Part shown: piece by piece, positions 52,392-64,000 of the stretch
How the letters are laid out: each line of letters begins with the position of its first letter
How positions within the stretch are numbered: the first letter of the stretch is position 1
Assembly: GCA_910587805.1 (NCBI GenBank)
Contig: CAJUNM010000002.1
Coordinates: forward strand, 1,857-65,856
Direction: 5' to 3'
Length of the DNA: 64,000 nt
Origin: an uncultured Christensenellaceae bacterium
Lineage (GTDB): Bacteria > Bacillota > Clostridia > Christensenellales > Pumilibacteraceae
Position numbers and translations under genes: made by a program
Notes under the pieces: model-generated
What the model saw: the letters and a program-made list of their open reading frames with translations, nothing else
Told to the model about the DNA's origin: nothing
Database searches by the model: none

Positions 52392-53969
52392 ATGTCTAAA
52401 TTTATTTTTGTTACCGGCGGCGTTGTGTCGGGATTGGGTAAAGGAATTACCGCAGCGAGCTTGGCTATGCTTATCAAATCGCGCGGCTATACCGTGGATA
52501 TGGTCAAGTTCGATCCGTATTTTAACGTGGATTCGTTGTATTTGAGCCCGTTCCAGCACGGCGAAGTTTTCGTCACCGACGACGGCGGCGAGGGCGATCT
52601 CGTGCTCGGGCACTACGAGCGTTTTCTCGATCAGTCGCTGTCCGAAAACAGCAATATCACGAGCGGCAAGATATACTCGTCGGTCATTTCACGCGAGCGT
52701 GCGGGCGGTTATAACGGCGCGTCCGTTCAGGTTGTGCCGCATATAACCGACGAGATAAAAAACTCGATCAAAAAGCTCGACAGCGATAAAACCGACGTAG
52801 TTGTATGCGAGATCGGCGGCGTAGTCGGAGATATAGAAAATCACCCGTATCTCGAGGCGATACGACAGTTCAAGAGCGAGCGAGGCAAGGGCAATACGGC
52901 ATATGTACATATAACGTATGTGCCTGTTATCGAAATGAGCGGCGAGCACAAGACCAAGCCGACGCAGAACTCTGTCAAAGAACTGCAAAATATCGGTATT
53001 CAGCCCGATATTATCGTTTGCCGTTCTGACTATCCGCTTGATGAGGGTGCGAAAGATAAACTTTCTATGTTCTGCAACGTCAGCCCCGAGTGCATAATCG
53101 AGAGCGTGACTACCGAAAACTTGTATCAAGTACCGCTGCGGCTCGAAGAACAGGATTTTTCGGCTATCGCGCTTAAAAGGTTAGGGCTTGAAACGCGCGA
53201 AGCGAAGTTCGACGCATGGAAATCCATGTGCGAAAAAGCGGAAAAAGCAGCGCGCAGTAAAAAGCGTTTGAGCGTTGCGCTCGTCGGCAAATACGTCAAG
53301 CGCGGCGCGACCGCATACCAATCCATACTCGACGCCGTAAACACCGCGGGACTGCTTAAGGATAAAGCGGTGGACGTAACGCTCGTTTCGAGCGAGGACG
53401 TTGAAAAATCCCCCGAGATACTTTCGAGCTATAACGGTATCATCATCGGTCCGGGATTCGGCGTGCGCGGGTTCGAGGGCAAAGTGGCGGCAGCAAAGTA
53501 CGCCAGAGAAAATAACGTTCCGTGCCTTATGATAGGCTTGGGCGCGCAAGCGGGGCTTGTCGAGTTCGCGCGCGACGTGCGCGCTCTGAGCGGCGCAAGC
53601 TCTCAAGAGTTCGACGCCGAAACGCCGTACCCCGTCGTGTGCAACGCCGATCCTCAAGGTTTCAAAAAAGGCGCGTTCCCGTCGCTTATAACCGCGGGTA
53701 CGTATTTGAGCCGAATATACGGCGCGCCTACGGTAAAAGAGCGTCACCGTCACCGTTTTGACTTTAACGCGAAGTATGAACAGTTGTTCTTGAAAGACGG
53801 GCTTGTATTCGCCGCACATTCGCCGACGGGCGTGCCCGAGGCGTACGAGATAACCACAAATAAGTTCTTTATCGGTACGATATACAATCCCGAATATCAA
53901 TCGCGGCTGTTGAGCACGCATCCGCTTTTTGCCGAGTTTGTAAAAGTTATGGCAAAGCAATCTAATTGA
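52392..53969 (+). CDS. pyrG: CTP synthase paralogue with divergent catalytic motifs
   Basis: Full-length colinearity with PyrG (FVTGGVVSGLGKGI, HGEVFVTDDG, EIGGVVGDIE, KTKPTQ, RHRHRF). Invariant positions are altered; see findings. Confidence 0.85.
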   Translation: MSKFIFVTGGVVSGLGKGITAASLAMLIKSRGYTVDMVKFDPYFNVDSLYLSPFQHGEVFVTDDGGEGDLVLGHYERFLDQSLSENSNITSGKIYSSVISRERAGGYNGASVQVVPHITDEIKNSIKKLDSDKTDVVVCEIGGVVGDIENHPYLEAIRQFKSERGKGNTAYVHITYVPVIEMSGEHKTKPTQNSVKELQNIGIQPDIIVCRSDYPLDEGAKDKLSMFCNVSPECIIESVTTENLYQVPLRLEEQDFSAIALKRLGLETREAKFDAWKSMCEKAEKAARSKKRLSVALVGKYVKRGATAYQSILDAVNTAGLLKDKAVDVTLVSSEDVEKSPEILSSYNGIIIGPGFGVRGFEGKVAAAKYARENNVPCLMIGLGAQAGLVEFARDVRALSGASSQEFDAETPYPVVCNADPQGFKKGAFPSLITAGTYLSRIYGAPTVKERHRHRFDFNAKYEQLFLKDGLVFAAHSPTGVPEAYEITTNKFFIGTIYNPEYQSRLLSTHPLFAEFVKVMAKQSN

Positions 53970-53978
53970 ATAAATATA

Positions 53979-54010
53979 GGCGTTGTCGATCACACGACAG
54001 CGTCTTTTTT
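53979..54010 (+). terminator. Rho-independent terminator
   Basis: GGCGTTGTCG / CGACAGCGTC stem followed by T6. Confidence 0.75.
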
Positions 54011-54021
54011 ATCGATATATA

Positions 54022-54065
54022 GAGCGGCTGTCGCCGCATTATGGTCGGGATCCTAACGTAGTTCG
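54022..54065 (+). repeat. Dispersed intergenic repeat, copy f (divergent 3' half)
   Basis: GAGCGGCTGTCGCCGCATTATGGTCGGGATCCTAACGTAGTTCG. Confidence 0.55.
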
Positions 54066-54159
54066 TTTTTCCGTTCCGAAAATTCTTAACCTTAATTGAA
54101 ATTCGTAATATTCAAACGGGTTGCAAATATCACAAAAACAAAAAAATCTTGCTATTTTC

Positions 54160-54188
54160 TTGCGTTTATGTCGGTGTTGTGTTATACT
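54160..54188 (+). promoter_or_regulatory. Promoter: TTGCGT, 17 nt, extended -10 TGtTATACT
   Basis: TTGCGT 54160-54165, TATACT 54183-54188. Confidence 0.55.
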
Positions 54189-54236
54189 TATAATTGTGCG
54201 GTCGAGCTATACCGCAAAACAAGTAATTAAAAACCT

Positions 54237-54941
54237 ATGGAGGATTTTATGCAATATTCACGCGAAGTGGAACACATGCAGTGCGTGGCGAAGGGTTGCA
54301 ATCACGGTCCTGCGCCCATACCCGAAGAGGGCAAGTGGGTTCAAGCCTACGATATCAAAGATATCAGCGGGCTTACGCACGGCTGCGGTTGCTGTGCGCC
54401 GCAACAGGGCACTTGCAAGCTCACGCTCAACATCAAAAACGGCATCATCGAGGAAGCCTTGGTCGAAACGATCGGCTGCTCGGGCATGACGCACTCGGCG
54501 GCTATGGCGGCGGAAATACTGCCCGGCAAAACGCTGCTCGAGGCGCTCAATACCGACCTTGTGTGCGACGCTATCAACGTGGCGATGCGCGAACTGTTTT
54601 TGCAGATCGTGTACGGCAGAAGTCAATCGGCGTTTTCGGATGCGGGCTTGCCCGTCGGCGCAGGACTGGAGGATCTCGGCAAAGGCTTGCGCAGTCAGGT
54701 CGGCACTATGTACTCGACGAAGCTCAAAGGTCCGCGCTATCTCGAAATGGCGGAAGGCTACGTTACCAAGTGCGCGCTCGACGGCAACGGCGAGATCATA
54801 GGCTATGAGTATGTCAATCTCGGCTTGCTCATGAAGTACGTGCAAGAGGGCATGAGCGGCAACGATGCGCTCGAAAAGTCCAAAAAGCACTACGGCAGAT
54901 TCGAGAACGCGGCGAAGTACATCGTTCCGCGCAACGAATAG
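54237..54941 (+). CDS. NifU/IscU-like Fe-S scaffold-domain protein
   Basis: Cys pattern CGCCAP...C...GCSGMTHSAAMAAE...GKTLLEA resembles the NifU N-domain. An alternative start at ATG 54249 follows GGAGGA. Confidence 0.7.
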   Translation: MEDFMQYSREVEHMQCVAKGCNHGPAPIPEEGKWVQAYDIKDISGLTHGCGCCAPQQGTCKLTLNIKNGIIEEALVETIGCSGMTHSAAMAAEILPGKTLLEALNTDLVCDAINVAMRELFLQIVYGRSQSAFSDAGLPVGAGLEDLGKGLRSQVGTMYSTKLKGPRYLEMAEGYVTKCALDGNGEIIGYEYVNLGLLMKYVQEGMSGNDALEKSKKHYGRFENAAKYIVPRNE

Positions 54942-54953
54942 GAGGGAAACATT

Positions 54954-55952
54954 ATGGCTATAACGTTTGAAGGCTATGAGAGAAGAATAGATAAGATCAA
55001 CGCCGAGCTTAAAAACTACGGCATCGGCTCGCTCGAGGAAGCGCGCGACGTCTGCCTTAAAAAGGGCGTAAACGTCGAGGATATTGTAAAAGGCGTTCAG
55101 CCGATCGCATTTGAAAACGCGGTCTGGGCGTACACCGTCGGCTGCGCCATTGCGTTCAAGAAAAAGGTCAAGACCGCCGCGGAAGCCGCCGAATGCATCG
55201 GCGTAGGCTTGCAGTCGTTCTGTATCCCCGGCAGCGTCGCGGATCAGCGCAAGGTCGGCTTGGGTCACGGTAATCTCGGCGCAATGCTGCTCCGCGAGGA
55301 AACGGACTGCTTTGCGTTCCTTGCCGGTCACGAGAGCTTTGCCGCAGCGGAAGGCGCGATAGGCATTGCGAGAAACGCCAACAAAGCGCGCAAAAAGCCG
55401 CTCCGCGTCATTCTCAACGGATTGGGCAAGGACGCCGCGTATATAATCTCGCGTATCAACGGCTTTACGTACGTAGAGACGAAATACGATTACTTCACGG
55501 GCGAGCTTAAGATAGTTCGCGAAGTTCCGTTCTCCGACGGAGAGCGCGCCAAAGTGCGTTGCTACGGTGCGGACGACGTGAGCGAAGGCGTTGCCGTCAT
55601 GCGTCATGAAAAAGTTGACGTTTCCATTACGGGCAACTCCACCAACCCTACGCGTTTCCAGCATCCCGTTGCCGGCACATACAAAAAATGGTGCCAAGAG
55701 AACGACAAAAAATATTTCTCTGTCGCGAGCGGCGGCGGTACGGGCAGAACGCTTCACCCCGACAACGTGGCAGCCGGTCCCGCATCGTACGGCATGACCG
55801 ATACCATGGGCAGAATGCACAGCGACGCGCAGTTTGCGGGCAGCAGCTCCGTTCCCGCGCACGTCGAAATGATGGGACTTATCGGTATGGGCAATAACCC
55901 CATGGTCGGCGCGACGGTCGCTTGCGCGGTTGCGGTAAGTCTTGCAAAATAA
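54954..55952 (+). CDS. GGGtGRT-family protein (uncharacterised conserved family)
   Basis: Signature SVASGGGTGRTLHPDN. AGGAGGG RBS. 12-nt gap from the NifU-like gene. Confidence 0.75.
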   Translation: MAITFEGYERRIDKINAELKNYGIGSLEEARDVCLKKGVNVEDIVKGVQPIAFENAVWAYTVGCAIAFKKKVKTAAEAAECIGVGLQSFCIPGSVADQRKVGLGHGNLGAMLLREETDCFAFLAGHESFAAAEGAIGIARNANKARKKPLRVILNGLGKDAAYIISRINGFTYVETKYDYFTGELKIVREVPFSDGERAKVRCYGADDVSEGVAVMRHEKVDVSITGNSTNPTRFQHPVAGTYKKWCQENDKKYFSVASGGGTGRTLHPDNVAAGPASYGMTDTMGRMHSDAQFAGSSSVPAHVEMMGLIGMGNNPMVGATVACAVAVSLAK

Positions 55953-55975
55953 TTTCGGATAATAACATAACACAA

Positions 55976-56011
55976 CAAAAAAGCTCTCGATCGAATTTCG
56001 AGAGCTTTTTG
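55976..56011. terminator. Bidirectional terminator
   Basis: AAAAAAGCTCTCGA / TCGAGAGCTTTTT long stem between convergent genes. Confidence 0.8.
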
Positions 56012-56032
56012 TGTTGAACAAAGCATGTTCGG

Positions 56033-61614
<5,582 letters not shown>

Positions 61615-61647
61615 TGCGCCTCCGAAAGCGTTGTGTCTAACCTTAAT

Positions 61648-61676
61648 ATTATAGGCGATATACAAAAAAAAGTCAA
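61648..61676 (-). promoter_or_regulatory. SigA promoter: TTGACT, 17 nt, TATAAT
   Basis: Minus-strand TTGACT at 61676-61671 and TATAAT at 61653-61648. Confidence 0.6.
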
Positions 61677-61772
61677 CAAAATTGCGCGTTTGCCGCGTAT
61701 TTGTCATATTTGAACAGGTTTTGCGCGGCGGCGTATCACAAACAAAAACAGGCGCGCAATACGCCCGTTCTT

Positions 61773-61857
61773 TGGTGCGGAGGACGAGACTTGAACTCGT
61801 ACGGTGTTACCCACAGGCTTCTGAGACCTGCGCGTCTGCCAATTTCGCCACCCCCGC
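61773..61857 (-). tRNA. tRNA-Leu (anticodon CAG), type II with long variable arm, encoded CCA
   Basis: Reverse complement GCGGGGGTGGCGAAATTGGCAGACGCGCAGGTCTCAGAAGCCTGTGGGTAACACCGTACGAGTTCAAGTCTCGTCCTCCGCACCA folds as a cloverleaf. Anticodon loop is CTCAGAA. Confidence 0.9.
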
Positions 61858-61868
61858 AAACACAAAAC

Positions 61869-61897
61869 ATTATATATTATTTTGTAGGATATGTCAA
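61869..61897 (-). promoter_or_regulatory. Perfect consensus SigA promoter (TTGACA, 17 nt, TATAAT) for tRNA-Leu
   Basis: Minus-strand TTGACA at 61897-61892 and TATAAT at 61874-61869. Lies 11 nt upstream of the tRNA 5' end. Confidence 0.7.
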
Positions 61898-62049
61898 GCG
61901 AATTGAGAATTAAGTATCGATAATTGCAAATTAAAGAATCTCCGCCTTATTATAATAAGCGTATCAAAGCTGACATATAAAAACAGCGGCGGCGGTATAG
62001 CTCATGTAAAGAAAATTTTGCGTCAATGCAAAATTATTGTACAAATGTA

Positions 62050-62078
62050 TTGACAAAATATGAACAATATGTTAACAT
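62050..62078 (+). promoter_or_regulatory. Promoter: TTGACA, 17 nt, TAACAT, overlapping a repeated operator-like motif
   Basis: TTGACA 62050-62055, TAACAT 62073-62078. ATGAACAATATGTTAACA at 62060-62077 is repeated at 62101-62118. Confidence 0.5.
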
Positions 62079-62146
62079 TAGTATGTATACACGCATAATT
62101 ATGAACAAATTGTTAACAAAACTATGCTATTACCTCGAGGTGATAA

Positions 62147-64000
62147 ATGGATAACAACCGCAATAAGACGAATAAATTGACAAAAGGCAACAAGCTCGCA
62201 ATACTGTTTATGAGCTTGCTCGTTGCCGTGTCGCTGTGTGTGACGGGCGCGGTGCTCAGCACCGATCGTCCCGTATCCGTCGATACGCCGACGGCGGGCG
62301 AGGTTGAATCGTCTACCACGTATAGCAATAAGGAAGGCGACGTCAGTAGAACATTGCAAAACGGCGATATTATAAATTATTCTTATGTTAATAATAAAAT
62401 ATATTCCGTAACATTGGGTAAAGGCACTTACGACCTCGAAGTTTGGGGCGCGCAAGGCGGATCTTATTCGAGCGGTAACGGAGGAAAGGGCGGCTATTCA
62501 AAAGGCAGGTATACCGTCACCGGCACAACGCAGACATTATATATAGTTGTAGGCGGTACGCCGACTTATACTACAAGCAGAAACGCTTATTTGGCGGGCG
62601 GATACAACGGCGGCGGTCGAGGCAGAGGATACGGTCAGGGCGGCGGCGGCGCTACGCACATAGCTACGCAATACGGATTGCTTAGAAATATAAGTTCCGG
62701 TAATGCGATAATAGTCGCAGGCGGCGGCGGCGGCGCTCAAGCGGGAGCCGGCGGCTACGGTGCAGGCGGAAATAACAATGGCGGCACAGGTACGGACAGA
62801 TGCGGCAGTCCCGGGATAGGCGGAAAAACCAACGGTGTCGGCACTGCCGGAACTAACGGTACAAGTACGTCAGGCGGATACAGCAGAATCAATCCGACGT
62901 CCGGCGGATTCGGATACGGCGGTGACGCAGGTCAAGGTTCGGACGCCTACGGCGGCGGCGGCGGCGGCGGTTGGTACGGCGGCGGCGGCGGCGGTAGTGA
63001 CCACTCTCTTGTTGACGACAGCGGCGGCGGCGGCGGTTCGGGATATATAAAAAACGGACTTACAAATACGAGCAGTTCAAACGGTGCGCGTGCAAGTCAC
63101 GGCTCTGCAAGAATTACGGCGGTAAGCGTCAACCAAGCGCCTACGTCCAAAAACGCGACGGTCGCGACGACAACGCGCGGCAACGGTAAAAATATTTCCG
63201 TGAGCGTAAGCAGCGTAGCTCAGGACGCAAACAGCGGTCAAACCATACACTTCTCGGCAGGCTCGTCCAACCGCGATACCATGCCCGGCGCAAACCAAGG
63301 CTTGTGGGTAAACAGCTCAACGCTTGCGACCAATTATGTGGATTGGGATTGGCCGAATAACACCACTTTGCGCATTAAAAACTTCAAGCGTTATCCGCGC
63401 GCGGGCGTGGACGGAATGAGCGCAAACGGAAAACTGACGCTCTATTGTTATGTGCGCGACAGTTACGGAACAACTACTACGCGCGGAATCACAAAGATAG
63501 CGTTCCATATCACCGTAAACGATCAAGGCGTAAGCATAATAAACACGTCGAACAATACGTCCGGTACCGATGTTACCGTCGGCGGAAATTATGTGCAATA
63601 TAGTTACGGCTCGGGCGCGAACGCATATCATTACCGTCTCGGCGCGTCCAACAACACGAGCCAAACTTACGATTATCAAAACAACCCGGGAATATACAAT
63701 AAGTCGAACGGCAAACAGACCGTTTTTGTTCCCGAACCGCTGACTCCGGCAAGGAGCAGCGCGGGCTTTACCATTTATGCGCGCGATTTGTATAAAGACC
63801 TCGATTCCACTTATGACGAAGTCGGTATCAAATCGGTATCTACCGATTCCAATTCGGCGTACTATTCCATAACTTACAATAAGAACACTGCCAAGTACGG
63901 CAGTACGGGGCTTGCCGAATCTATAACGATCAAACCTACGAGCGCGCGTCCGACGCGCGCGGTGTTTGCCGTACTCACTATCACCGCACAGGAGTGCGAG
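62147..64000 (+). CDS. Secreted/anchored glycine-rich-domain protein (Gly_rich family, as in the ALK/LTK ectodomain), 3'-partial
   Basis: GAGGTG RBS. N-terminal TM/signal segment. GTYDLEVWGAQGG...LYIVVGG...GGYNGGG...GGGGATHI...IIVAGGGGG pattern. Frame is open to the window end. Confidence 0.75.
   Translation, partial: MDNNRNKTNKLTKGNKLAILFMSLLVAVSLCVTGAVLSTDRPVSVDTPTAGEVESSTTYSNKEGDVSRTLQNGDIINYSYVNNKIYSVTLGKGTYDLEVWGAQGGSYSSGNGGKGGYSKGRYTVTGTTQTLYIVVGGTPTYTTSRNAYLAGGYNGGGRGRGYGQGGGGATHIATQYGLLRNISSGNAIIVAGGGGGAQAGAGGYGAGGNNNGGTGTDRCGSPGIGGKTNGVGTAGTNGTSTSGGYSRINPTSGGFGYGGDAGQGSDAYGGGGGGGWYGGGGGGSDHSLVDDSGGGGGSGYIKNGLTNTSSSNGARASHGSARITAVSVNQAPTSKNATVATTTRGNGKNISVSVSSVAQDANSGQTIHFSAGSSNRDTMPGANQGLWVNSSTLATNYVDWDWPNNTTLRIKNFKRYPRAGVDGMSANGKLTLYCYVRDSYGTTTTRGITKIAFHITVNDQGVSIINTSNNTSGTDVTVGGNYVQYSYGSGANAYHYRLGASNNTSQTYDYQNNPGIYNKSNGKQTVFVPEPLTPARSSAGFTIYARDLYKDLDSTYDEVGIKSVSTDSNSAYYSITYNKNTAKYGSTGLAESITIKPTSARPTRAVFAVLTITAQECE

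Noticed and set aside
54258-56021. 587-aa minus-strand ORF covering the NifU-like and GGGtGRT genes.
   Set aside because: It runs through the intergenic RBS and into the terminator hairpin. The + strand genes have RBSs and family signatures.

Overview
This looks like a chromosomal segment of a Firmicutes (Clostridia-like) bacterium. That is inferred from B. subtilis-like synteny (yggS-sepF ... lspA-rluD-pyr; ywlC/tsaC-ywlE-rpiB), a V-type ATPase operon and TTGACA/TATAAT promoters. All calls come from motif recognition by eye; no searches were run. About 50 protein genes (mostly + strand) and one tRNA-Leu(CAG) can be supported. There is no rRNA, CRISPR array or prophage.

Gene order:
- a 5'-partial AgrC-like kinase, a triple-module CBM lipoprotein and a permuted GH3
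- yggS-sepF-lspA-rluD-pyrBC / pyrFKDE
- two small membrane proteins, trmH-like, cls, pgk
- tsaC-PTP-rpiB fused to the ntp(G)IKECFAB-D V-ATPase operon
- guaB, gpsA, glyQS
- ECF-S/coaX, hom
- a 1118-aa surface protein, an RnlA-like HEPN protein and a divergent pyrG
- a NifU-like/GGGtGRT pair
- purA, a 1415-aa activase-fusion protein, tRNA-Leu
- a 3'-partial glycine-rich secreted protein

Most unusual items:
1. An orphan RnlA-like HEPN RNase homologue with an AT-hook lies directly upstream of a CTP-synthase paralogue that has lost canonical catalytic residues.
2. A frameshifted DUF559 gene, bracketed by about 57-nt structured inverted repeats, is inserted between the V-ATPase B and D genes.
3. 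A dispersed intergenic repeat family (hairpin-ATTAAA ... TTCTTCG ... CTCGGAAT) has at least 6 copies, and GAATTAAGAATT tandem motifs precede two of them.
4. There are three G9 homopolymer tracts. One sits in a promoter spacer and one just after a lipoprotein signal peptide.
5. Several consensus promoters sit 6-10 nt from start codons with no Shine-Dalgarno, suggesting leaderless mRNAs.
6. A 57-aa, 15-Cys peptide gene has a strong RBS.
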